Source: a virus
Length of the DNA: 64,000 nucleotides
Reading direction: 5' to 3' (one strand)
Virus record (IMG/VR): IMGVR_UViG_3300032289_001637
Coordinates: 30,159 to 94,158 of that record
A model generated the notes under the pieces. That model was not told the origin of the DNA. It saw nothing but the letters and a program-made list of their open reading frames with translations, and did not search any database. Position numbers and translations under genes: made by a program. How positions within the stretch are numbered: position 1 is the first letter of the stretch; each line of letters begins with the position of its first letter. Positions 20,357 through 30,458 of the stretch are shown here, piece after piece.

Positions 20357-23300
20357 TAGTATCTACTACTCCTTAAATTTCCTCTATTTTGCTGTGAAAG
20401 CTTAGCCATTACAACATTTGCAATATCATCTGGACTTGCATCTGTACCAGCAACATTTACATTTACGTTGTATGTATTATTATACATTGTTTCAGGTCCT
20501 TGTGCTTTACCAGATTGAGGAATGTCGTATCTAGATCCACTAACTCCAAATGTTGGCTGACTCATTTCTGGCAATTCAAAAGCACCCAGATTAATTGCTT
20601 CAAGAAGTGGCATTCCATATTTTCCAACCATTGCTTTTCTTATTACAAATTCTCCAGGAGTTAGTCTTGCGGAAACACTGTCTAGACTTCCAATACCTGG
20701 AACAATTCCTCCAGTATTAAAATAGTTTGTTGATGCAATTGCTTTCTTTACAAATTTTGTAATTTCTATCTTTTTATCATTGCTAAGAGTTGCATACTTT
20801 TCATCCATTTCATCTGCTTTTACAGTATATGCTTTTGGATCTACATATCCCATTTTTTGAGCAATATAGTGTTGTTCTTTATTTTTACCAAAGGAAAGCT
20901 TAGAATTTAAAATACCTGCTTTAAATTCAGCTTTGGTATAAGGAACATAGGCAGCAACAGGGGATATGACAGGAGGCTTCACAGGAGTTGTTACAGGAGT
21001 TGCCACAGGAGTTGCCACAGGAGTTGTCACAGGAGTTGTCACAGGAGTTGTCACAGGAGTTGTCACAGGAGTAGGGGAAAGAGAGTCAACTTTTTCAACA
21101 ACAACTGGTGCAGCAATATTATCGGCTGTACCACCGCCACCACCAGTACCAAGAATTGTGTTATCAGCCTGTCCAGGAGTTCCAATTTTCTCAACAACTG
21201 CAGCTTTTTCTGCAACGTTATATGCATCAATATAGTCTTGCAAGTCTTTTAGTGCTTTACCAGTTAAACCTGCTGCCCTCAATGCTTCAATATTTTGCTT
21301 CATCTTTGTTAGCAATATCTTGTATTCTAATTTAGCTCTTTCCTTATCTATATCATTCTGTTTTTTAGAATTTTCATATATTGCATCTTGAACCACTTGC
21401 ATATCTTGTTCATTTTTGTAAATTGTTTCACCAAAAGAGGAGATTTGTTCTGTAATTTGCTTTCTTGTCATTAAGACACCATTTACAGATATAGATAGTG
21501 ACTCAAGTTCTTTTTGTCTTTGTGTTTCTAATGCAGCCCTTGCATCTTCAATTTGATATTGAGCATCTTGTGTTTGAATTTCACTAGCCATATTTGCTGC
21601 TGCTGCAATATCTCCAGATGCTAAGGCTGATGCTAATCCAACTCTTGAACGGTTTTGTTGATCAATTCTGTTATTTGCTTTTTCAACCTTATCAAGTGCA
21701 GAAATTCTATCATCATAAGTTTTATTAACCTTTTCTTCTTCTTTTGCAAGAAGATCCAAAGCATGGTTTCTTATATTTATTTGACGTTGTATTAATTCAT
21801 TTTCTCTTTCCATTCCAGAAAGTTTTGTTTCTAATGCTGAGTTTTCAAGAGTTATTGCTGAAGCTGCAAGATCTAACGTATCTAAAGTTCTTTCTTCTGA
21901 ACTCTTTGTTAAAAATTCAAGTGCTCTTTGAACATTTAATTGCTCTTTTAATGTATCTATATACTCTTTCTTTGCAGCAGTAGTAGAATGTTGATAAAGT
22001 TCTACATCTATCAATCCAGCAATTTCACCATTAATACCTTGAGTTACAAGTTGCTTGGTTATGTCTAACTGATCTTTTAATCCATTTACATTTTTCTTTA
22101 TATCTACAAGACCTTGTACTGCATTTAGTTTCTTTTGAGCCTCAGTTTGCTTATTTAATTCTTCAATATAGGATTTTCTTTGTTGAGTTGTCATAGCCAA
22201 GAATGCTTTTTGATCAATCATTCCTTCAACATCTGAATTTATTTCAACGCCTAGCTTATTTAATGCATCAGAATATTCGCTTATCTCTTTTGTTTGTTTT
22301 TTAGCATCAGCAAGTGCCATTGTTGCTGCTAGTGTAGATTGTGCCTGTACTTGTTTGTTTAACTCTGCAATGTAAACCTTTCTTTCTGCAGTGGTCATTG
22401 CTAAGAAAGCCTTTTGATCAATCATTCCTTCAACATCAGAATCTATTACAACTCCTAAACCACTTAGTACAGAAGAATAGTCACTCATCTCTTTTGTTTG
22501 TTTTTTAGCATCAGCAAGTGCCATTGTTGCTGCCAACCTAGTTTGTGCTGATGCTTGTTTGTTTAACTCTGCAATGTAAACCTTTCTTTCTGCAGTGGTC
22601 ATTGCAAGGAATGCTTTCTGATCAATCATCCCTTCAATGTCAGAAGTTATTACAACACCCAAAGATCCAAGTGTCTTTGAATATTTACTTAGGTCTGATG
22701 TAGCTTTTTGAGTTTCTGCAAGAACCATTACTGCATTTAATCTATTCTGCAATGCAATTTGAGATTGCATGGTCTTAATAAGGTCTGCTCTTTTATTTTT
22801 TGCAGTATTTAAATATACATCTTGAGGAATCATGCTAAGAGCTTCTACATTATTGGCATCTGCAACACCCTTAATCAGATTTGTATAATTTTTAATTTCT
22901 TTATTTTGACTCTCAGCATCTTTTAAGAATGTTACTGCCTGTTCTTTTTTAGTAGGAGGTTTTGTCCCTCCTCCTCCTCCTCCTCCATCTTCATTAAAAG
23001 GAGTTTGACCTGTACCATCAATGTTTAATGATTGAATAAAGTCTGCCTGATCTTTTATCTTTTTTGCATAGTCTGCTTTTATTTTTGCATTTGCTGCTGC
23101 TACCCCTGCACCACCTCTACCATCTGTTTCTTGTTGAAGCTGTGGCATTGCTCCAACTGTTTGCATTGCAATCACAAAAGATGTTAAATATGTTTTTTGC
23201 TGACTTGCAGGAAGTGCGTTAAATGCATCCACTTCTTTTTGAGTTGCATCATATCCAACTGATTCAAATACGGTTGTTAATGCTTTTTCATTATCACCAC

Positions 23301-26300
23301 CACTTTGCATTATAAGATTATTAGCTTTTGTTACAGCATCTTTAATTTCTTTTTCAGGGTCCTTTCCAGTTCCATCAAATAGTTTAAATAGTTCAATTGG
23401 ATCAAATCCCTTTGGTGCAACTTTAGCAATTTTATCTATTGTGTCTTGTATTGACTTAGTGTAAGCTTCTGGATCTGTAAACTCTGTATCTCCATTTAAA
23501 TATGATGTATACATTGAAAGGTCAAATCCATCAGGAAGACTGTTTAAAACTTCTTCTAAATCTTTTATAGAGTCTGCATTTGTTCCAATTTTTATTGCAA
23601 TATCTGGATCTCCAAGTTCTGTAAGAGCAGATTCTATTTGAGTAAACGATAAAGTTGTTCCAGAATCTGTAATAGCTTTTTGCATATTTGTTGCTACTGT
23701 TTGAGGGTCATAATTTTTAGTAGGACTAGAGGCAATGGTAGCTCCAACAAATTTTTCAAGTTGGGCAGACTCCATAATTGCTTTCATTTCTTGCGGAGTT
23801 GGGGTTGTTCCATCTTCAGATGCCTTTAGCAACTTTTCTTTGTATAAAGCCCAAACGCCTTGAATATCTCCTATTTTTGCTCCATAGTTTTCTGGAGTTA
23901 GTCCATCTAATGTACTTGCAATAATAGTTGAAACAATTTCTTGCTGGGCTGTATCAAGCTTTGAAAAGTCTGCTTGTCCAAAAACTTCTGCAGCAACCTT
24001 ATCTCTATCGGTTGCCCTTGCTACTACAGCTGCTGAATCTGAACTAAATCCTGAAAGAAATAATTGATCAGCTATTGTTTGCTGAGTCGCTCCAGAATCT
24101 TTTGTATTCATTACTGCATTTTCAATATTGTCATAAGATATCTGTCTAATCTCTTGAATCTTTTTTTCTCTAGTTTCAAATTCTTGAGTAGTGATGCTTC
24201 CATTTTTTCTTTCTTCGTTTAAAAGAGCTTCTGCATTTTTTAATTCTTTTAATGTTTGTATTGAAGATCCAAAAGTTTTTCCTACTGCTGCAACATTTGC
24301 TTCTATTGCTTTCTTGTTAGCAAAAAATGCAGTTGCTGCACCGCCAACTGCACCAATTACAGCACCAAGGGCTATACCAAAAGCTGCAAATGGACCACTC
24401 CAGGATGTTAAAACTCCACCAAGAACTGCACCTGCTGCTCCACCAGCAATAGCTCCACCAGCAAAACTTTGATTTGCAGTAAAGCGGTTAGAGTTAATTT
24501 CAGGCAGGTCTTTATTTAAAGCGGCTTGTCTTTTTTCAATAGAAGAAATCATTGCTTTAGATCCAGATTCTAAAGTGCCAGATCTAATAAGACCAATAAC
24601 CTTTGATTTTAATAATGAATCGTCTAATGCAAAAGCAATTGCAGATCCAAAAGATTCTGCTTTTTTAGGATCCATTCCGTCTGCAATAGCCATTTCAAGC
24701 ATAGATGCAACTTTTTTATACCTATCTTCTGATGAAGATTTTTTAAGATCCTCAACTAACTTCTTTCCTTCATCAGTATCAAAGTAAGGCATAATTTCAG
24801 AAGCACCCTGTGCTTGTTTTTCTGTAAACCTATAGTCTTGCGTTCCAGATCTAACTGATGCAAAAGAATATCCAGTAGCAGAACTTATTTCTTCCATTCT
24901 ATTTGCAGTCCCACCAAGATTTGCTCCTGCAATTGCAGAAGACTTTGCAAGACCATCAACATGCTTTCTCATCATTACAAAACCTGCTGCCAGTAGTCCA
25001 ACTCCAGCAGTAACTGTTCCAGCTGTTTTTCCTAGTTGCTGAAGCATTGGAATAATAGCCATAGCAGCACCAACACCCATAAGAGCTTGTTGTTGTTTTG
25101 GATTTTCTACGAAACTTGAAGCCATCATTGGAACCATTGATGCCATCATCATTCCTTGACCTGCTTTTTGCATTCTTTGTGCTCTAGCTTCTGCTCTTGC
25201 TGCTTTTGCTTCAGGAGTATTCCTAGCTTCTTTTCTAGCTAACATAGCAGCTTTTTTATTTTCAATTAAGCTTAAAGCCATATTTTTTCCAAGTAGGGCT
25301 GTATTTTTTGCAGCACCAGTCATTGCTGTTCCAATATTTCCAAGCTGTCTATTTATTCCAATCATTCTATCTTTATTAATGATTTGTTGTTGAACTACCT
25401 TCTTTTCAATTGCCTCTCTTGCTTGAAAATATCTTTCTCCAGCCCTTGCATATACCATATTGTTTGCTGATATAGTTTTAAAAGTTTCTGTCATTTTTTT
25501 TGCAGTAGATGAAAGTGTGGCTGAAGTATCTTTAAATACTCCTTGACCAGTATTAGATCTACTTTGCAACTGATATGGATCACTCATGCCCATCATAATT
25601 CTTGCTCTTCTTGATGGCATTCCAGGAAGTGTTGGAAGAACTACTCTCTGTCTATTTTCTTTAGCAAAATATTGCATACCTGGTACTTTTCCACCAGAAT
25701 TCATCATTAGTCTTGGAGGAGCTTCTCTAGAACCCTTGTAAGCAATTCCTCCCATATTTAGTCCTTGTGCATTTCCACTATTAATAGCAGTTAATAAATC
25801 ATAATTTCTTCTTGTTGCATCTTTATTAACTACAAATTCTCCAGGAGTTAACATTGCAGGAACTGTATCTGTATTGCCTTGACCTGGAACAATACTTCCT
25901 TTATTTGCTTTTAGCATTCCTTGGAATCTTGAAGCACTTGAATAAATATCTCCACCGAGACCTCTGATTGAAGTTAGATCTCTAAGCATAATTGCAGAGT
26001 AAGCTTCATCTGCATTTCTATAACCAGCTGATTTTGCTGCTTCATCTAATGCTGATCTATCTCCAATTCTTGAAGGAAGTTTGAAAGAAGGAACTCTAGC
26101 AATAGCTGACTCAACAGCATCATCATACATTTTTGCAAATTGTGCTTTAGTTAATCCTTCACGAGCAATAGCATCTCCAAGCATCTTAACAAAGTCTTTT
26201 GATGCCCCTGTTTTTTCAGTTACTTGTGTAATTGCTCTTGCAGTATAAGCCCCAGTATTTGTTGCCTCATTTCCAAAACTAATTTCAGACCCAGTTGCTC

Positions 26301-29300
26301 TTCTAAATACACCCTTTGAGTTTCTAATTAATTTAACAGCTGCAGCACCAGGATCAATTGTTGCAAGTCTTCCTCCACCAGTTGAAAGAATGTTTCCAGC
26401 TGTTGCATCCATGTCTCCAAGCATTGATGAAGCAGGTATTTGTTTTAAAAGTTCTTTAGTAGGAAGCGTTGTTCCTGCCTTCATTCCTGGAATCATTGGA
26501 GCAGTTGTTGCAAAGATTTCTCCCTCAGGACCATCCATTCTTACAATTCTTGATCCAGGAGTTGCAGTACCTGCAATTCTTCTTCTTGCGGCATTTCCAA
26601 TTAATTCTGCTTGAGCCTCTGCAAGAGTAGGAAATGGCTTAACAAACATCTTTCTACCATCAACATCATAGACTCCAGCTATGTCTCTAAACCTACTGCT
26701 ATGTCCTGTTGAATCTTCAACCTTTGTTCCAGTAAACTTTTTAATTTGAGATTTTGCAACAACACGATTTGGCATTCTTGCACCAAAGTATTGAACAGCT
26801 CCACCAGCATTATAACCAAGTCTGCTGCCTCCTGTTGTAAGATATTTTTCTAAACCAATTAGTTGGCTTGGAACAAAGTTTTGAGGACCAGTACCAGAAG
26901 CCATAAAGACTTTTCCATCACCTTGACCATCTGATGCTACAAAGGAAATTTTTCCAGGTGTACCTGAAGAACCAATACTTCTATATACTCCAACTCTTCC
27001 TTCAGAATCTCTGTAATTAGCCCCAATACCTCCAAGGCTTTTTAAATCTATAACTTCTTGACGAGACAAGACTCTATATCCTTCTCTTTCTAGTCTGGAA
27101 ATAACTTCAGGCTTATCTAAATCTGATGGTCCTGAAACTTTAAGCTGTCTATTAATTTCCGAAGTTTCAGTTCTAAATTGCATAGGTTTTTTTAATAGTT
27201 TATAAATTTCTGGATTATTCTTTTTAATAATGCTTTGATAAATTGGACCAATATCTGCATCCATTAAAGTTTTGCTTGGATCCATTCTTCTAATTCTTTC
27301 TACAAACTGAGCTTTTATTTTTTCTAAGTTTGCTGGAGATTCAAGTCTTCCTGCAACAGCCGACAATGGTTCAAACATTTTAGAGGCTGGAACATTTTCT
27401 AATCTTTGAGCCAATTCTGATGGACTAAATCCACTTCCACCTCTTCTTAAGTTTTGGTTAATGCTTCTTGGAAGATTAACTGTAAACCCAGTTTGAAGAG
27501 TTAAGGGGGATCCGCCAATTGTTTCAAATATTCTTCTTAACAATGGATGCTTGATTTGCTTAGCTTGAGAAATATTTACCGATTCTAAATCTTTTCTAGA
27601 AAGCATATGTGTTAATTCATATTTTTCATCTATTTGTCCAGCTCCAACAGGCTGATTTCTTGGTTGTAATGGTACTGCTACATTTCCTCTCCTTACTGCT
27701 TGACCTTGTGCAATATTTTCTAGCTCTCTTTGTCTTCTTGCATTTTCTCCTACTCCAACCTGTCCAAATGGAACATCTTCTCTTCTAAGATTATTATTTC
27801 TATTTCTAACTACACGATTTGGTCTTGGTCCTGCAAAATATTGCATTCCAGGAATCATTCCACCATTATTAAAATTATTACCGCTATTAATTGCATCAAG
27901 AAGTGCATAGTTTTGTGCAGTAGCCTGTTTGTTTACAACAAATTCTCCAGGTGTAAGCATCGCTGGAACTGTGTCTGTATTTCCAACTCCAGGAACAGTA
28001 GTTCCTCCAGACATAAAGATTGGTCCACCTTTATTTCTTCTTAGACCTCTTATTCTAATTGAACTAGCTTTTACTCCACTTGCTGCTGCAGCTCCAGCTG
28101 CTGCTGCCACTCCAAGCCCAGGTCTGGTCGCTGCTGCTTGTTGCTGAACTGATATTAATGCTCTGTATTCTGCAACAAGACCTGCTACTGCATTCCTAGC
28201 TGCTCCTGTAGAAGTTGCTTGTTCTAGCATTGCAGCGTTTGCTATCTGTGTAGAACTTGCTAATTGTTTTGCAGCACCAGCTGCTTCTAATTCTTCAATT
28301 GATAAATATTTTGCAGATTGTGTAAGTGCTTTTACTGCTGCTACTGGACCACCCTTAATAAGTGCCTTTCCAAAAATTCCAAATCCATGAGTAATTTTTC
28401 CAAGGGTTCCAAGTAAGTTAATTAAAAGACCAAGGAACATTGTTCCAGCAGGAACTACAACACCAACAATTACTGCTGCAATAGCTGCAAATTGTTTTTG
28501 ACCATCTGAAAGACCATCAAATTTTTCAACAATTTTTGTTAAGAAGTTTACAACTGGAATTGCCATCTTAATAAATATTTCACCAATTGGTTCAAGAGAT
28601 AGTTTTAATCTTTCTACTGCTCCAGTAAGCTGTGTTCCTAAAGCATTTTCTACCGCTGCAAGTTCTTTTTCTGCTGTAGTTCTTAATGCTGTAACATCAT
28701 ATTCCATCAAACTTAAAACTTGACTTGCTTGAGATCCATCTCTAACAATATTTTCAAACAAAGCTCCAAGTCTTGCATATTGATACTTTCCAAACACCTT
28801 TTCAAGTGCTTGTTGCTTTGAAAAATCATCTAATCCTTTAAGGGCTTCACCAAAAGCAAATACTGTTCCCATCAAATCTCCACGATTTGCAGAAATAATT
28901 TTATCTAAATTAATTCCAAATCCTGACAAAGTTTCTGTTGCTGCTTTTGTTGGATTAATTAAAGATGCAAGACCAGACTTTAATGCGTTAGCACCTTGCT
29001 CTGCACTTACACCACCTTCTTGCATTGCTGCAAGGAATACTGACATGTCTCGTACATCTCCACCAAGACCTTTAATAACTGGAGCAACTCTTGGAATTGC
29101 TGCGGATAAGTCTTGCAAAGAAACTACTGTTTGGTTTTCAACCATATTCAAAAAGTTAATTGTATCTGCTAAATCTTCTCCAGATAATCTAAAAGCAGAC
29201 TGTAGGGCTATTGTAGTTTTTAATGCCTCTTGCTGTTCCATTTGACCAAGCGTTGCAAGTCTTGTCGCTTGTCTTGTTGCATCTATCAAATCACCATTTC

Positions 29301-30087
29301 TTGCACCAGATGCTGCTGCGTTTGCAGCCAACCCAATAGTATCTTTTACTGCAATTCCATATTTTGTATATTCTTCAGCAAGTTGTCTAACTTGTGCAAT
29401 GTTTTGATTAACTTCTTCTGGAGTTGTAAAAGCATCTCCATATACCTTTTTAAGGTTTACTAATTGCTTTTCAATATCCATAAAGGTTCTACCTGCAACT
29501 GATCCTAGTACAGTTAATGGAACAGTAAATCCAACCATAAGCTGACGACCAGACCATTGAACATTTTTACCAAAGTTAATCATGTGGGTAGTACCCTGTC
29601 TAAACATTGTATTTAGAAGAGCTTGTCTTTCTGCAGCTATTGCTGCTTTAGAAGAAAAAGCATCAAGTGGTCTAATTGCAAGGGCTTCTCCCATACCCTT
29701 TGCTGATGCACCAGTATTAATAAACTGTGTTTGCAGTGTAGAAGCTCTTCTTGCTGCAAGATCCATAGTTGCTGCAAAAGCAGCACTGTTCTTATTAAAT
29801 GCAGAACTAAAGAATTGACCTAAAGTTCCTCTACCCTTTTTTAAAGTACTATCAAGATTTGCAGCTGCAGAATTCATCTTCATAAATTCTGAAGTGAATA
29901 GCCCACTTGAATTTATTGCTTTTGAAAGATCTCTTGTATAGTCGGAAGCAAACTTGCCTTGGGCAAGATTCCCCTTAGCCAAGGCAGCGTTAAATGAGTT
30001 TATTTGATTTTGAAGTGCTTTAAGCTCAGCAGCAGCAGATCCAGTATTAATCTGGATATCAATAATACCTTTAGCTACTCCAGCCAT
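20356..30087 (-). CDS. Tape measure protein with inserted cargo domains
   Basis: 3243 aa, follows the tail assembly chaperones; N-terminal TMP core, hydrophobic segments, coiled coils, three PxxLTPGEFV motifs. Confidence 0.92.
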   Translation of the reverse strand: MAGVAKGIIDIQINTGSAAAELKALQNQINSFNAALAKGNLAQGKFASDYTRDLSKAINSSGLFTSEFMKMNSAAANLDSTLKKGRGTLGQFFSSAFNKNSAAFAATMDLAARRASTLQTQFINTGASAKGMGEALAIRPLDAFSSKAAIAAERQALLNTMFRQGTTHMINFGKNVQWSGRQLMVGFTVPLTVLGSVAGRTFMDIEKQLVNLKKVYGDAFTTPEEVNQNIAQVRQLAEEYTKYGIAVKDTIGLAANAAASGARNGDLIDATRQATRLATLGQMEQQEALKTTIALQSAFRLSGEDLADTINFLNMVENQTVVSLQDLSAAIPRVAPVIKGLGGDVRDMSVFLAAMQEGGVSAEQGANALKSGLASLINPTKAATETLSGFGINLDKIISANRGDLMGTVFAFGEALKGLDDFSKQQALEKVFGKYQYARLGALFENIVRDGSQASQVLSLMEYDVTALRTTAEKELAAVENALGTQLTGAVERLKLSLEPIGEIFIKMAIPVVNFLTKIVEKFDGLSDGQKQFAAIAAVIVGVVVPAGTMFLGLLINLLGTLGKITHGFGIFGKALIKGGPVAAVKALTQSAKYLSIEELEAAGAAKQLASSTQIANAAMLEQATSTGAARNAVAGLVAEYRALISVQQQAAATRPGLGVAAAAGAAAASGVKASSIRIRGLRRNKGGPIFMSGGTTVPGVGNTDTVPAMLTPGEFVVNKQATAQNYALLDAINSGNNFNNGGMIPGMQYFAGPRPNRVVRNRNNNLRREDVPFGQVGVGENARRQRELENIAQGQAVRRGNVAVPLQPRNQPVGAGQIDEKYELTHMLSRKDLESVNISQAKQIKHPLLRRIFETIGGSPLTLQTGFTVNLPRSINQNLRRGGSGFSPSELAQRLENVPASKMFEPLSAVAGRLESPANLEKIKAQFVERIRRMDPSKTLMDADIGPIYQSIIKKNNPEIYKLLKKPMQFRTETSEINRQLKVSGPSDLDKPEVISRLEREGYRVLSRQEVIDLKSLGGIGANYRDSEGRVGVYRSIGSSGTPGKISFVASDGQGDGKVFMASGTGPQNFVPSQLIGLEKYLTTGGSRLGYNAGGAVQYFGARMPNRVVAKSQIKKFTGTKVEDSTGHSSRFRDIAGVYDVDGRKMFVKPFPTLAEAQAELIGNAARRRIAGTATPGSRIVRMDGPEGEIFATTAPMIPGMKAGTTLPTKELLKQIPASSMLGDMDATAGNILSTGGGRLATIDPGAAAVKLIRNSKGVFRRATGSEISFGNEATNTGAYTARAITQVTEKTGASKDFVKMLGDAIAREGLTKAQFAKMYDDAVESAIARVPSFKLPSRIGDRSALDEAAKSAGYRNADEAYSAIMLRDLTSIRGLGGDIYSSASRFQGMLKANKGSIVPGQGNTDTVPAMLTPGEFVVNKDATRRNYDLLTAINSGNAQGLNMGGIAYKGSREAPPRLMMNSGGKVPGMQYFAKENRQRVVLPTLPGMPSRRARIMMGMSDPYQLQSRSNTGQGVFKDTSATLSSTAKKMTETFKTISANNMVYARAGERYFQAREAIEKKVVQQQIINKDRMIGINRQLGNIGTAMTGAAKNTALLGKNMALSLIENKKAAMLARKEARNTPEAKAARAEARAQRMQKAGQGMMMASMVPMMASSFVENPKQQQALMGVGAAMAIIPMLQQLGKTAGTVTAGVGLLAAGFVMMRKHVDGLAKSSAIAGANLGGTANRMEEISSATGYSFASVRSGTQDYRFTEKQAQGASEIMPYFDTDEGKKLVEDLKKSSSEDRYKKVASMLEMAIADGMDPKKAESFGSAIAFALDDSLLKSKVIGLIRSGTLESGSKAMISSIEKRQAALNKDLPEINSNRFTANQSFAGGAIAGGAAGAVLGGVLTSWSGPFAAFGIALGAVIGAVGGAATAFFANKKAIEANVAAVGKTFGSSIQTLKELKNAEALLNEERKNGSITTQEFETREKKIQEIRQISYDNIENAVMNTKDSGATQQTIADQLFLSGFSSDSAAVVARATDRDKVAAEVFGQADFSKLDTAQQEIVSTIIASTLDGLTPENYGAKIGDIQGVWALYKEKLLKASEDGTTPTPQEMKAIMESAQLEKFVGATIASSPTKNYDPQTVATNMQKAITDSGTTLSFTQIESALTELGDPDIAIKIGTNADSIKDLEEVLNSLPDGFDLSMYTSYLNGDTEFTDPEAYTKSIQDTIDKIAKVAPKGFDPIELFKLFDGTGKDPEKEIKDAVTKANNLIMQSGGDNEKALTTVFESVGYDATQKEVDAFNALPASQQKTYLTSFVIAMQTVGAMPQLQQETDGRGGAGVAAANAKIKADYAKKIKDQADFIQSLNIDGTGQTPFNEDGGGGGGGTKPPTKKEQAVTFLKDAESQNKEIKNYTNLIKGVADANNVEALSMIPQDVYLNTAKNKRADLIKTMQSQIALQNRLNAVMVLAETQKATSDLSKYSKTLGSLGVVITSDIEGMIDQKAFLAMTTAERKVYIAELNKQASAQTRLAATMALADAKKQTKEMSDYSSVLSGLGVVIDSDVEGMIDQKAFLAMTTAERKVYIAELNKQVQAQSTLAATMALADAKKQTKEISEYSDALNKLGVEINSDVEGMIDQKAFLAMTTQQRKSYIEELNKQTEAQKKLNAVQGLVDIKKNVNGLKDQLDITKQLVTQGINGEIAGLIDVELYQHSTTAAKKEYIDTLKEQLNVQRALEFLTKSSEERTLDTLDLAASAITLENSALETKLSGMERENELIQRQINIRNHALDLLAKEEEKVNKTYDDRISALDKVEKANNRIDQQNRSRVGLASALASGDIAAAANMASEIQTQDAQYQIEDARAALETQRQKELESLSISVNGVLMTRKQITEQISSFGETIYKNEQDMQVVQDAIYENSKKQNDIDKERAKLEYKILLTKMKQNIEALRAAGLTGKALKDLQDYIDAYNVAEKAAVVEKIGTPGQADNTILGTGGGGGTADNIAAPVVVEKVDSLSPTPVTTPVTTPVTTPVTTPVATPVATPVTTPVKPPVISPVAAYVPYTKAEFKAGILNSKLSFGKNKEQHYIAQKMGYVDPKAYTVKADEMDEKYATLSNDKKIEITKFVKKAIASTNYFNTGGIVPGIGSLDSVSARLTPGEFVIRKAMVGKYGMPLLEAINLGAFELPEMSQPTFGVSGSRYDIPQSGKAQGPETMYNNTYNVNVNVAGTDASPDDIANVVMAKLSQQNRGNLRSSRY
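20976..21072 (-). repeat. 12-bp tandem repeat (PVTT/PVAT) in TMP
   Basis: ACAGGAGTTGTC-like unit repeated about 7-8 times. Confidence 0.9.
21910..22850 (-). repeat. 204-bp (68-aa) tandem repeat in TMP
   Basis: EGMIDQKAFLAMTT recurs at 204-bp spacing (about 22211, 22415, 22619), with degenerate flanking copies. Confidence 0.85.
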
Positions 30088-30458
30088 TAATTAACCACCT
30101 CATAATCCAAGCCCATTCCAATTCCGAATCCAGCTCTTTGAGCTGCTATTCCTTGTAGGGCAAGAATATCATCTGGATTAGAAGTCGCACCTTTGCTATA
30201 TGCTCTGGCTTTGATTTCTTCCCATTTATTACTAGACGAAGAGGATTCATCTATATTAACACCTTGAAGTGCTGCTAAAAATTTTCTATCTTCATAGTCT
30301 TGATTATTTTTAGCCTCTAGTATTGCTACTAATTCAGGCATTGATATAGATTCCTCCATTTCAGAATAATTCTTCCAGAATCCTAGAAGAAATACTCTTG
30401 ATTCTAACTCAGCAAGATCTAGTTCGTCCCAACTAGAGCCGCTGCCAGTGCGTTTGGG
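30087..30458 (-). CDS. Tail assembly chaperone, frameshifted (GT) extension
   Basis: The -1 frame is open from the CCCAAAC slip site: PKRTGSGSSWDELDLAELESRVFLLGFWKNYSEMEES... Confidence 0.8.
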   Translation of the reverse strand, partial: PKRTGSGSSWDELDLAELESRVFLLGFWKNYSEMEESISMPELVAILEAKNNQDYEDRKFLAALQGVNIDESSSSSNKWEEIKARAYSKGATSNPDDILALQGIAAQRAGFGIGMGLDYEVVN

